From Narcine bancroftii (taxonomy: Eukaryota): a DNA stretch of 64,000 nucleotides. Positions 11,250-23,859 of this stretch are shown in pieces. The stretch is taken from NCBI RefSeq assembly GCF_036971445.1, contig NC_091476.1:157604001-157668000 (forward strand). Direction: 5' to 3'. The notes under the pieces were generated by a model. That model was not told the origin of the DNA. It saw only the letters and a program-made list of their open reading frames with translations, and searched no databases. Numbering within the stretch: the stretch's first letter is position 1; each line of letters starts with the position of its first letter. The position numbers were made by a program, and so were the translations under genes.

Positions 11250-11885
11250 TGCTGCTGTTCTGACTGCTGTATCAAATATGGTAGAGTTAATGGGCTGGAA
11301 AAAAGTTGATTTTAGAAGAAACGAGGTTTTGGATGGAACAAGGAGCATTTTTAGAACTTGTCACTAAAGTTAAATTTTGTCAAGATCCAGTGATTTTCTT
11401 ATTGGGTTATATATGTGGGACAAGGGTGAAACTTAACGGTTCAAAAGAAATTTATGAAAATTGCAGTACCAGGGTCAAGAAAATTTATAGCAGTTACACT
11501 TTTGGGAATGGACAGATGACGTGCTGAACGTGAAATACATAGTTGTATACCTCTTCAGAAAATTACTTAACAATTTAAGAAATAAGACACTTTAAAAAAA
11601 AAATAAAAATTTGGTGCCCATATTTACATATTGTAGGTGTTATTTTATGAAAGCTATCCCAAAACCACAGAACCTCATCAACACCTTAGAATTAGTATAT
11701 ATTTAATAATGTAAAGGCAATACTTAACAGAATGTATTGAAATTTTAGTAACCAGGTGTCTTTTTTCTCTGGGTCATTTGCTGGGAAGGGGTGAGGGGTT
11801 GGAGCACGTGCTACTGATTTGAGACATATGAGGGATATTTTCTGTATCTGGATATTAATGCATGTATAGAATATTTAAAAAAGAA
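11250..11885 (+). mobile_element. L1/Tx1-like 3' fragment (decayed)
   Basis: Remnants of the ORF2 C-terminal region (DPVIFLLGY) similar to the end of the L1 at 62900-63400. Confidence 0.55.
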
Positions 11886-12246
11886 GCAAGGTCATGACTG
11901 AAATTAATTTTGAAGCTCCAGTGCATGTGGGGATCAGAAGGTAACAGTAGAACATGGAAGGTTCCACAGATTAGATAGCCTGTTCCCACTCCTAGTTCTT
12001 GTAACAGCATTGGAATAATGAAATGTACACAGAAATAGTTGTTAGGAAGGGTTTTGCGGCAGATAGATTAAGATGGAGACAGTTAATTAGGTTCATTTTC
12101 TATGATCTGTAGATTAAACCTTTGGATAAGAGCTGGGAGTTAATAATGCCTGACTTATTCTCTTCATTTTTAACATGGGAACTTTAGAATAAATGGAACA
12201 ACTGTACTAAATGTCCATGTTTCATTTAAAATTTGTTCTGTTACAG

Positions 12247-12299
12247 GCTAAATTCAGTTGATTTATCCTGCAAACTGACGAAAGAGAAATCCAATATAG
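12247..12299 (+). CDS. RSRP1: RSRP1 coding exon 2
   Basis: ttctgttacag|G...ATAG|gtaagt; 53 nt, phase 2 to phase 1, linking exon 1 and exon 3 in frame (LNSVDLSCKLTKEKSNIG). Confidence 0.7.
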
Positions 12300-12510
12300 G
12301 TAAGTGTGGACTTGAGGGTTTTTTCATCATTGCAGAGAAATGTAACTTTTCATGGTTGTATTGATAAGAAAAGTTATAGTCTCATGTTTATTAACTAGAG
12401 TACAATAATTAAAATTAATTCACACAAGAACCAGGGGAATATTGAAAATAGTTTTGTGCATTGAGATATTCTTTAGATTTTGTTGCTTGAAAAGAAAATG
12501 GAAACATGTA

Positions 12511-13210
12511 CAATAAAACCCACGGCATCTGGCAGCTACGGTATTGGTAGATGTTGGATATGCAACTTTTCCAGTTGCTTGAGGCTCACTCTTACAATGC
12601 CTATTATACCAGCATTAAGAATAAACAGCTTAAAAAACAGAAGACAGTGCAAAATGTAAAGTCGTTTGGGGGGAAAAAAAACCTATCAGTATTGTAGTTC
12701 TTAATTAGTGTAAATTTCACTGTAATCAGGTAATTCCTGTAATTTACAAAATTTAAGTTTAAATTCGAACCCTGGTCACTGGCACTGTAACTGCATTGTG
12801 CTAACTATGCTTCCATCATAATTAGCTCCCTTCTCCCAGGTTTACAGCTAAAGCCTTAGACTTGCTAGGCAGGAATAGGGAGACACTTTGGGAGAGTCAC
12901 CCCAGCGGGAGAGTCACCCCAGCGGTGAATGGCATCTGCCAGCTCTTCATCCTGTGTGATGCCATTTTATTCCAACTTTATTCAGATGGTTGCTGCGGAT
13001 GGAGCATGACTGGGGTATTCTGCTGGCTGAATGTTTACTCCCATCTTCAAGGGTTTGGGTGTTTTGTAAACAATCTATTTTTACAATTTTAAACTTTTAT
13101 TTCCATTTTTATCTATTATTTATTTTAATTTTATTTATTTCCTCCATTTTTTTTCTGCTTGCTTGGGGTTGTCGGTTTGCTTGAATTCTGGAAAACTGGG
13201 ATTTTACTTC
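12511..13210. mobile_element. Decayed Tc1/mariner (Tigger-like) non-autonomous element
   Basis: Left end ta|caataaaaccc..; right end ..ctgggattttact; imperfect terminal inverted repeats. Confidence 0.4.
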
Positions 13211-13471
13211 ATATGGAATTGCCTTTAAAGGGAATGGAATCTATTACTTAATTGATAAGGAAATTATTCAGAGGAATGAACAATTGAATTTAAAGAGTCA
13301 ACACAGCTGGAATGTTTCTTGCTCCTTGATTCAAAGAAATGGAGTTGTATTTAGTTTTATCTCTGAATTAGTATAGTACTGTAAAAATAGCAGCCGTTGA
13401 AATTTGGCTGTATTGCACTATATATAGTTAAGTTCCTGTGTTCAATATAATTAAATGTAATTTTATTTCAG

Positions 13472-14302
13472 GTAAAAATAAATTGCACAAAGATCTGGAA
13501 CATGAACAAATGTTTAAAATGGATGTTGGAATGAAATTGGGAACAGATAGATCCAGTGCACAGAAGCAAAAGGCTGAGAAAATAGCTGCTGGCATGGATG
13601 AATTAAGGCTTGCTTCTCCTGATAAGATTCAAAAAAATAAGAGACCATCACGGTCCAGGACTCCTGGTTTCCTGAAATCTAAAATCTCCAGGGCAAGTTC
13701 AGTATCATCTTTGGGAAGCTCTCGATCGTCCTCTGCCAGCTCACGATCGGACTCTGTTTCGTCCTCTTCCAGTAGTTTTCGATCCGATTCAGTGTCCTCT
13801 TCTGGTCGTTCTCGATCAAGTTCTGTTTCTTCAGCTAGTTCTCGATCCAGTTCTGTATCATCATCATCATCTGAAAGCTCCAGATCAAGTTCTGTGTCCT
13901 CTTCAGGCAGTTCCCAATTTGATTCATTGCCCTCTTTAGAAAAGAATCACCCAAGTTCAAATTATGCAACTTTGACTTCAAGGCCCAGATATTCATCACG
14001 AGAGGAGAAATACAGAAGATCAAGGCAAATCCGTTCAAGGTCCAGATCTCGAAGCTTGTCAAAGTCTTGCTACCGACAATCCAGGTATCGTGTGTCCTAT
14101 CGATCACCATTCAGGTACAGATCAAGATCCAGATCTAGATCAAGGTCCAACTTGAGACGTAGAAGATCCCGGTCAGGGTCAAGGTCAAGTTATTCATCTC
14201 GATTTCCGAAGAACTGCCATAATTCGGTGGACAAAACCCAACCATTACACAGAAGAAGTCGAAGCAGATCCTGGGAAAGATCTATTCACTTAACACAAAA
14301 AG
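13472..14302 (+). CDS. RSRP1: RSRP1 coding exon 3 (Ser-rich and RS domain)
   Basis: tttatttcag|GT...AAAG|gtagga; 831-nt open frame with SRSSS repeats and an RS-dipeptide region ending ..RSRSWERSIHLTQK. Confidence 0.93.
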
Positions 14303-14636
14303 GTAGGATATGTTGAAATGGGGATGTGGAGAAAGTAAGATCATAATAGGAGTGGGAGTAACTATTGCCTTGATTTTTGGACTTCAACTAGATTACTATT
14401 AATATTCTGTCTCAATGTTTTCCTACTGGAATGGATCTTTTCATTTGCAAAAGTTGAATGAATTCACTAACTGAGCTGAATGAACTTTCAATTAGTGTGA
14501 GATGATGCCTTGCACTGTAATTACTTTTCCTTTTAACACCATCTACAGTTTTTTATTGCAACACACTTTATTCTTCCACTGCCTTGCTGTATTGTGTAAA
14601 GGTTGAATTGGCTGGATAGCATACAAAACTCAGTTA

Positions 14637-14865
14637 CAGGTACACAATCCTTTATCTGGACATCTAAAATCTGGAAAGCACCAAAATCTGGCAAGTAGGG
14701 ACCGGCGGTTGGAGGAGGCGGCCAGGGGACTGGCGGCCGAGGGACTGGAAGAGGGTGGGGGTGGATGCGGTAGCACAATTCGGGTGGGCTTTCCGAAGTC
14801 CGGAAAAATCCGAAATTCGGAACACACCGTCCCCCAAGGGTTCCGGATAAAGGATTGTGTTCCTG
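14637..14865. mobile_element. Tc1/mariner (pogo/Tigger-like) MITE
   Basis: TIRs caggtacacaatcctttatctgga / tccggataaaggattgtgttcctg with a TA target-site duplication on both sides. Confidence 0.85.
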
Positions 14866-15558
14866 TATTGCATTAATTTGTAATCTAAATCACTTTGATA
14901 GTGTTAAATTTTATTTTCTAATTTTGGATAGAAACTATTTTGCTACACATTACTAAACAATTCCTTCCACAATAATTTGTAGTTTGTAGGTCTAAAGATT
15001 CACCACCCTTTAAACTGAGGAAATTCTCCTTGTTTTGGGACAAAATGACCAAATGTGAATGTTCTCAGCTCAGGGAGCATCTCCAAAATGTACCCATTAA
15101 GCCTTTTAAGAATTTTGTCTGTTTCATTAAGGTTGTCTTGCTCTAAATTCCTAAAGGCCTAGCCTGTTTGACTCTCCAGTCATTCAAGGGATCAGTAAAT
15201 GCAGTAATTTGTGCTCATCCTCCACATTCCAGTTTCCTTCCATTTGCCTGCTACATCCACATCTTGACTTTTAATGGCTTGTGTTCAAGGCATCCAGATC
15301 CCTTTAAACACAAGCACTTCCAGATTTTTATTTTATTTTAATACAATCTGCCATTTTATTTTGCCAACTGAAGTAATTAATCTTGTATTTTCCACATTGC
15401 CATCTGTCACGTAGTTGCCCTCAAACTCGGGTCATGTATACTCTGCTAAAGCCTCTATACATCATTGGAGCAGGAGGTCATGTGTCCAGTCAAACATGCT
15501 CCTCCATTTAATTAGATCAAGGCTGAACCTAAAATTCATCATTTTGGTTTCCTTTCAG

Positions 15559-15707
15559 ATAAAAAGACGTTGCTAGAAATAGCAAAGGCAAATGCTAGCA
15601 AATTATTTGGAAAAGACAGCATCCAGTTGCCACCTAGCCTGAGGTCTACCAGTCTCAAAGATGAGAATTTTAATTTTAACATTGCAGCAAAAGAGGTGAC
15701 GGGAAGG
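15559..15707 (+). CDS. RSRP1: RSRP1 coding exon 4
   Basis: cctttcag|AT...AGG|gtgagt; DKKTLLEIAKANASKLFGKDSIQLPPSLR matches the RSRP1 motif LLEIAKxNAxK...LPxSLR. Confidence 0.95.
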
Positions 15708-17404
15708 GTGAGTGATTATTGTTTTAATATAATTCTAATGTTTTTGCATGTTGGAATATAGAGGGAGGCTACTTCTATCCAAATTTTTGAACACCAATTC
15801 TTGCATATTGGTTGGTCTTGATTATTAAGTTGCTGTATCTATTTAAATACATTTTGACTCTTTTGCAGACTGGTGTTCCTGCGGTGGGGTAGAATAAATT
15901 TTGTGAGTTGTACTCCTTTTCTAGCTCAACTGTTGTTGCACTGGTTTGTTATCCAAATTACTTTGATCAAGTTCAATTTATTCTCTAATTTCTGATGGAA
16001 ACCAAATATAAGAAGCTTGCAGGTGTAGTCATTCCTAATAGACCATAGTAGAAATGTTTTGCTCTCTTATGCTGTAAGAAAATCTCACGTAGTTCTTTGC
16101 AAACTCTGGACATTCCCTAAAGTGCTTAACTCTCAACTAAGTGCTTTCAAGTGTATTTACTGTTCATAAATTGGAGATTGTAATATGCAGTAATGATTCA
16201 GCTAGCTTTGTAGTTTTAGTCAACTTGTCATTCAAACACTTTCCAGATAAAAGCTTTAAGTTTAGTTTGTATGACTTGATTTATTTCTGTTTTATAGAAG
16301 CCTTGAAATGGACTGCTCTTCTTGGAAGATGTGAGGTGGTATTTTTGTATCTGTATGTGTGCAGTGATTAGGGGCAGTTTAGCCAAAGTACATTTTAAAA
16401 ATACAAAAGGTGTGATGTAGGTGAACCTAGCTATTGTGTATCACCAAAAAAATCTATAAATGGAGGTGTATTTTTGCTACTAAAAATAATTGCCTTTCCA
16501 CATCTATACTTTAGGGGTGAAGCATTGTCTTTTTTTTGATCAGGAAGTTTGTGACCTCTTAGGCCATCTAGAAGTATAGGGAGAATGGAGAAACTTGTTG
16601 TATTTCTTCCCTATCAAATGCCAAGACATTGCAAAATGTGAGTTTTCACTCTTTTGTCTCCTAAATAGGCTGGTCACAATGCATCTTAATTCAGACTGAT
16701 TTTTAATACACTAGTGTTAATAGAAATTAAAGTGGAATGTGAGCCATGTCCATTTTCTGTAATATAAATTTATAAAAGTAGCTGCTTTAATAACTAAAAT
16801 ATGGTGTAACTATAGCTCAAACAGCCCCAACAGAAAGGTATATGTGCCTCTTTCCATTCATCTACTTCATTGTGGCCTTTCAGTGTACTTCCCCATTTTC
16901 CCCTTTTTATCTTCTGAAAGCTATTTCACTTGACTACTTCTGTGGCACTAAGTTTCACCTAGTAATTACTGAGTAGCCAATAGGTTTTGTGTTCTATTTA
17001 TGGATTTCTAATTTGATTCCCAAACTCCCAAGCAATCTCTACATAATCTCTCCAATTCATCCATACTTTAAAAATGTCTTGAGTCTCCCCTCTGCCCAAA
17101 CTGTCATCAAACTGTATCATCTTTCCTCTCTTGCACAGACACAAGTGATTCCATATTCTGTCTCCAGGATGGAGACCAAACTATGCACTCAGCCCCAGCA
17201 GGGGCCTTGTATAAACTTGGGAAACAAATTGTAACTAGCATTTTTAAATTATTTTAATGACTTTTTTTGTGCATTGTTTATCACTTTCTAAGGTGGAGTA
17301 ATACTTTTTTGATTGGAGTGAATTGCAAATTTGATGAATTTCATTTGCCATTTAACTGTTCAACTTCCAATATTACACTCCTGTGTTGGGTGATTTTAGT
17401 ATTT

Positions 17405-18075
17405 TTTCAATTTTTTTATTAATATTGAAATTTCACATCCAAAAATACATGTTAAAAGTCAAAATGATACACTTAAACCATATCATTTCATCCAAGGTAC
17501 TCCACATGTTAAACAGAATATATTGTATTGATATTTTATTATTTTTAAAAAAGAAAATCTAAACCACTACCAAAAGTAAGCTGTTTGGCCAAAAAAGACA
17601 GATCAGTGATAAATTACCTCATTAGTCGATATTTCTATCTTCATTACAAATCAAAGATTATAAAAGTAATTCAAAAAGGTTCCCACAGTGTTTGAAAATT
17701 TGAATTCAATCTGAAATTAGCATCTAATCTTTAAATTTAAACATGACGTGACTTCACATAGCCATCGAGCCTGATTAGGCGGGATATTGTCCCTCCATCT
17801 GAGCAACACAGCCCACCAAGCCATAAGAGAAATTAAAGGTAATATCTGAAGCTCAGATGCCATTAAACTAAATAAAGCAAGGATTAGGTTTAAAATCAAC
17901 TTTAAAAAGTATAGGGAAAGTTTTAAATACTTCGTTCCAATATTTCTCAAGACTCTGGCATATGAATTAATGAAATATCTCCATTGTTGCATTTATCACA
18001 ATGAGGAGATACGTCTGCATAAAAGTGAGCTGGTTTGACTTTGGACATGTGAGCCATATGGACTACTTTAAATTG
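17405..18075 (-). mobile_element. L1/Tx1-like 3' fragment
   Basis: Minus-strand ORF2 C-terminal remnants (LLRWRDNIPPNQARWLCEVTSCLNLKIR); T-rich tail at ~17410. Confidence 0.7.
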
Positions 18076-19452
18076 TACTTTAATATTGATGTTTCTTGAA
18101 ACCACCTTGACATTGTTTTTAAATAGTGGTCAAAGTAGAACAGTTTTCTAACATCTTTATCAGATAACTGCATTGTCACTTCTAACTAACCTACTTTTAT
18201 TTGTCCCCTTATTCCATTTCTTTAAGACCATCGTGTCACTATTGTAGATTTATTTGTTGGTGGGAAAGAGGCTATTTTTATACTTTCAATTGAACCCAAG
18301 TATTAAAACTACTTTGAACATGGCAAACCCAGAAAGGCCATTATAATGAGAGAAGGTTTTTGTTGTGAATGATTATAACAGAATTTGGGCAATGTGTTGT
18401 GAAACAGTAGTTTTACACCAAGTACTGCTTGTCAAGAGTTCAACACATCTGGTAATTTTCATACTTTTTGCCTACAAAATTATTCTTTTTGACATTTCAC
18501 TAATAATTAGGTAATTTGTGGGTATAATCCAACAATTTATATTGCCAAAAACTGCTTTAACCATTTCCTTTTACTTTATTGGTAGCCACAAGTATTGATT
18601 GGTTTCAAAGTAACAAGCTACAAATCTCGAAAGACCCATTCTTAAAAAGAACAATGGCAGCTACTGTCTCTTGTGTGTGGGGTTGAGTCATGAATAAAAT
18701 ATTGCACCTTTCAATGTGTCACAACCTCTACTTTGAAAGCCATTGATCTTGGGACATTTTCCCCTTTCAGCACTTAGTTTTCTAAATTGAATCCTTGATG
18801 TTGAGTTTGAACAGAGCTCAGATAGCCCATCTTTTGTTTTCTGGTGCAGCTTTGATCAGAGCAGTAGTGTACCCACATCAGGCATTGGTTTGATTATCTC
18901 GTTGTGTAATGGTGATGTGAGTGGAATTGTTTCTTGAATTTGAGATATGATGCATAATTGGATGCAGTATGGAGGGAGCTTCACTTTGCATATTAATACT
19001 GAGCTTGCCCTTGGAGAGCCAGATCTGATATTGGGTTAGAATGCCCATTTGTTACTCAATAAGCAAAGAGAAAATGACTTTTATTCCATGTTTTGTGCAG
19101 AAATGCTATGTGATATGGAATAGAATTTGATTTGCCATCTAGTCTGGAACACAGTTAAAGCATTAAGAACTTCAAATAATAATAATTAATTAAGTCTGCA
19201 TAACACAGATCAGTTCTTGAAACTTACTATCTAGCATTGCCCATTGATAAATAGACTTAATTCCTTCAAGTGCACGGAGGCATATGAAGCAGAGGTTTGA
19301 CTGACTGCTGTTGGATTTGGTATTGTCCATGCATAAACTTTGTTCCAGGATTTTCTTGTCCTCCTAACTTATTCACTGTGTTCCAGGAGGTTTTGAATAT
19401 CAGATCTTTGCCGAAGAAGAGGCCAACGTTTTTTGAAGATAAGTCCATTGGC

Positions 19453-21114
19453 TTTAATAGCCTAGAATATACCGTATCAACATGGCTGCATACAGTAGTA
19501 CATTTCTCCAGTCACTTTTAATAGCCTAGAATATACCGTATCAACATGGCTGCATACAGTAGTACATTTCTCCAGTCACTTTAATAGCCTAGAATATACC
19601 GTATCAACACAGCTGCATACAGTAGTACATTTCTCCAGTCACTTTTAATAGCCTAGAATATACCGTATCAACATGGCTGCATACAGTAGTACATTTCTCC
19701 AGTCACTTTAATAGCCTAGAATATACCGTATCAACATGGCTGTATACAGTAGTACACTTCTCGAATCACTTTTAATAGCCTAGAATATACCGTATCAACA
19801 TGGCTGCATACAGTAGTACATTTCTCCAGTCACTTTAATAGCCTAGAATATACCGTATCAACATGGCTGTATACAGTAGTACACTTCTCGAATCACTTTA
19901 ATAGCTTAGAATATACCGTATCAACATGGCTGCATACAGTAGTACATTTCTCCAGTCACTTTAATAGCTTAGAATATACCGTATCAACATGGCTGCATAC
20001 AGTAGTACATTTCTCCAGTCACTTTAATAGCCTAGAATATACCGTATCAACACAGCTGCATACAGTAGTACATTTCTCCAGTCACTTTTAATAGCCTAGA
20101 ATATACCGTATCAACATGGCTGCATACAGTAGTACATTTCTCCAGTCACTTTAATAGCCTAGAATATACCGTATCAACACAGCTGCATACAGTAGTACAT
20201 TTCTCCTGTCACTTTTAATAGCCTAGAATATACCGTATCAACATGGCTGCATACAGTAGTACATTTCTCCAGTCACTTTAATAGCCTAGAATATACCGTA
20301 TCAACATGGCTGCATACAGTAGTACATTTCTCCAGTCACTTTAATAGCCTAGAATATACCGTATCAACATGGCTGTATACAGTAGTACACTTCTCGAATC
20401 ACTTTAATAGCTTAGAATATACCGTATCAACATGGCTGCATACAGTAGTACATTTCTCCAGTCACTTTAATAGCTTAGAATATACCGTATCAACATGGCT
20501 GCATACAGTAGTACATTTCTCCAGTCACTTTAATAGCCTAGAATATACCGTATCAACACAGCTGCATACAGTAGTACATTTCTCCAGTCACTTTTAATAG
20601 CCTAGAATATACCGTATCAACATGGCTGCATACAGTAGTACATTTCTCCAGTCACTTTAATAGCCTAGAATATACCATATCAACATGGCTGCATACAGTA
20701 GTACATTTCTCCAGTCACTTTAATAGCCTAGAATATACCATATCAACACGGCTGCATACAGTAGTACATTTCTCCAGTCACTTTAATAGCCTAGAATATA
20801 CCGTATCAACACGACTGCATACAGTAGTACATTTCTCCAGTCACTTTTAATATCCTAGAATATACCGTATCAACATGGCTGCATACAGTATACAGTAGTA
20901 CATTTCTCCAGTCACTTTTAATAGCCTAGAATATACCGTATCAACATGGCTGCATACAGTATACAGTAGTACATTTCTCCAGTCACTTTAATAGCCTAGA
21001 ATATACCGTATCAACATGGCTGCATACAGTAGTACATTTCTCCAGTCACTTTAATAGCCTAGAATATACCGTATCAATATGGCTGCATACAGTAGTACAT
21101 TTCTCGAATCACTT
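19453..21114. repeat. 63/64-bp minisatellite, 26 copies, in RSRP1 intron 4
   Basis: Unit tttaatagcctagaatataccgtatcaacatggctgcatacagtagtacatttctccagtcac with recurrent variant units. Confidence 0.97.
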
Positions 21115-21532
21115 GACACATTACTGAAAATTCTCAAAAGCATTTTCAGTTTAAATTGGAATTATGTGAACTAAATGTTCATGGTCATTCTTTTTTTTAA
21201 ATGTAAATCATATTTTGTGCTGTAATTTTTTGCCATTAATCTGGAAGGTCAAAATTTCAAATCTCAATCCAGTATCCTTGGTTGAACATTAAAATAAGGT
21301 TTGATGTTATCTAAATTGTTGGCCATCTTGTAACACATTTGTAAAGTTAAATAGTACCAAGTTTCAAGAAGTAATAGCAATTTTTTTTGCAGATTCAATC
21401 ACAGCAGGTAGAATAATAGGGATGTATGATTCAAAAATAATAGGTTTGTCCAGCCAGTGCTACAAGGGTTTTTATGGTGAATGTTGATCAAAATTTTCAT
21501 TGGATTGGCTGTTTTCTTTTTTTCTAATGCAG

Positions 21533-21631
21533 AAACACATCAATGAATCGGAAGATGAAGAACCAGTACAGAAGTTACAAAGTGCCCCTACAAGATTAGA
21601 AACAAACCATTGGATAGCTTTCAGCATGAAA
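21533..21631 (+). CDS. RSRP1: RSRP1 coding exon 5
   Basis: ttttttctaatgcag|AAA...AAA|gtaagt; 99 nt = KHINESEDEEPVQKLQSAPTRLETNHWIAFSMK, containing the IAFS motif. Confidence 0.9.
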
Positions 21632-21881
21632 GTAAGTCGATATTTTTATATACAATTACATTCTATTCTTCCCCTTTGACCAATTTAAATTTTGGATTGA
21701 TACTTGTGTCTTTATCCAGTATTTAAAAAAAAAAAAAAAAAAAAAATTACAAAAAAGAATCTTATGGAGGGTTATGAGCAGGGAGCAGGTAGGTGGAATT
21801 AGTGGAGTTTCAATTAAATCGTTGCGGACTAGAAGAGCCGATTAAGGCCTTTTTCTGTACTGTAATTGTATATCCAAATAT

Positions 21882-22250
21882 ATTGTATATGGCGAGCTCT
21901 CCACTGGCCACCGTGACAGAGGTGCACCAAAGAAAAGGTTCAAGGACTGCCTAAAGAAATCTCTTGGTGCCTGCCACATTGACCACCGCCAGTGGGCTGA
22001 TATCGCCTCAAACCGTGCATCTTGGTGCCTCACAGTTCGGCGGGCAGCAACCTCCTTTGAAGAAGACCGCAGAGCCCACCTCACTGACAAAAGGCAAAGG
22101 AGGAAAAACCCAACCCCAACCCACCAATTTTCCGCTGCAACCGTGTCTGCCTGTCCCGCATCGGAATTGTCAGCCACAAACGAGCCTGCAGCTGACGTGG
22201 ACATTTACCCCCTCCTTAAATCTTCGTCCGCGAAGCCAAGCCAAAGAAAG
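21882..22250 (+). mobile_element. RTE-clade LINE 3' fragment
   Basis: Near-identical to 10072-10460; flanked by attgtatatgg / attgttatatgg (TSD plus microhomology). Confidence 0.9.
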
Positions 22251-22774
22251 AATTGTTATATGGTTAACAAATGTTTCTCCTCATCTGATGCAGGAGATTG
22301 TGTACTATTAATAGCATTAAACTGAAATTAATATAACTGTTTTCTGGCCCCTAAGGTGTTTCTCTTCTATTAGAATATGGCACATTTGTGGGTATAATCT
22401 GATGTAAGGCTTCTTTTTTTAAAATTTTTTTTATTTTTCACACTATAAACCATACTGACCAAGATACATACAGACATTTTTTCTCTTGAATATATACAGT
22501 ATCATTTTCTCCCCCTTTTTCCCCCCCTCCCTTCCCTCCCTCCCTCACCCCCTTTCCCATTTATTTGAAGTTCAATCTATAAGATACTTGAAGTAATTTT
22601 AAACTTGCGCTAGTTATTCTTGCATTTCTGCTTGTCACTGTTATAGCTAGCTTGATTTGATACATTTTGTTTGAATAAAGCTGACAAACTCCTGTATTTA
22701 AAATTTTAATTGAATTAAGATAACTTTACAAAAGCTCTTTGGCATTTACTTACATTTAGCCTCTTATTTTACAG

Positions 22775-22921
22775 AATGCAGTGGCAAAGCCATTGAATCA
22801 AAAACCATCAAATGGACCAGTAAAAGGGTCTCCAGAGAATAAACGTAAAGGAAGCCCATATGGACAGTGGATACTGGTACAGAGTGGTTGCAAGAATGGT
22901 GAAAAAACCAAGGCACGATGA
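22775..22921 (+). CDS. RSRP1: RSRP1 terminal coding exon 6
   Basis: ttattttacag|AAT; NAVAKPLNQK...KGSPYGQWILVQ...KAR*; contains the conserved NxVAKP and SPYGxW motifs; TGA at 22919-22921. Confidence 0.93.
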   Translation, partial: NAVAKPLNQKPSNGPVKGSPENKRKGSPYGQWILVQSGCKNGEKTKAR

Positions 22922-23094
22922 AGATAAAGAAGGGTATATTTAAAAAAAAAAAATTAAGTCAGCACACAGTGTAGCTGAGCAAAATGTTATGTTAATATTT
23001 GGCTTGATTTGTAACATATATATCATTAAATTTGAAACTTGGGAAGAATTTGTAGTTTTGTATAAAATTAAGCATTTATTTGGATTAACACTTT

Positions 23095-23278
23095 AATAAA
23101 TGTTAAGCAGATGTACTGGCAATGTTCAGGCTGATAGATTCATGCCCAAGCCAATCGTCTGAAATAACACTTTTTCAGGTAAGATAAGTAATTTACTAAG
23201 ATATCACATGCGACTTAGTTTATGCAAATAAATACTGAAATTTGTTTTGTAAATCCAGTTTTTACAGAATTCAATAAA
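23095..23278 (+). terminator. Candidate RSRP1 polyadenylation signals
   Basis: AATAAA at 23095-23100 and 23273-23278; the second is followed by a GT/T-rich downstream element. Confidence 0.55.
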
Positions 23279-23547
23279 GATGGTTTGTATATCTGATTTT
23301 TTTTTGTTTCCTTGTAATTATTGAAGATATAGCTTGAATCATGTTTTAAGATTTTTCTGATATGAAAAATGGTCAAGCTGATTGATGTCTATAATTGTCA
23401 AAGCTTGTCTGAGAGCATTTGTTCATGATGACCAATAATTTCTCAATTTCATTATATAATTTGCACCATTTAAAATGTGAACTTCCACCATGGATATTCA
23501 CATTGCGACCTGGAGCCTTTTTGCTGAATTTCCCAAGGCTAATAGAA

Positions 23548-23775
23548 TGGCGCCGTTAACATAAGGGTTAGAGCAATGCTATTACAACAGGAGCGACCTG
23601 GGTTCAGATCTGGCACTGTCTAAGGAGTTTGTAGTTTTCCCAGTATCTGAGTAGGTTTCTTCGAGGTGTTTGCATTCCTCCCACCTTTCAAACCTGTTGC
23701 GATTGTAGATTAATTGGGGAATTTGGGTGGCACGAAGGGGCTGTTACTGTGCTGTATGTCTAAATTTTTAAAAAT
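23548..23775 (+). mobile_element. tRNA-derived SINE (V-SINE-like)
   Basis: Box A/B-like head (gggttagagc..ctgggttcagatc) followed by a ..taaggagtttgta.. core; related copy at 44095-44295. Confidence 0.6.
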
Positions 23776-23859
23776 GAACATTCAATTAAGTAGTGTAAAC
23801 TGCAACAAAGGCTTATGCTTGTCAAAATTCACTGTTGTATCTCTATTGGTTCAGATACA

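Noticed and set aside
16816-16837. Possible 22-nt frameshifting micro-exon in RSRP1 intron 4 (tatag|...AAAG|gtatat)
   Set aside because: The pyrimidine tract is poor and there is no independent support; it cannot be distinguished from chance without RNA data.
19453-21114. CRISPR array or tandem ncRNA cluster
   Set aside because: Units are contiguous near-identical copies without spacers; no tRNA, snoRNA or Pol III motifs were recognised.
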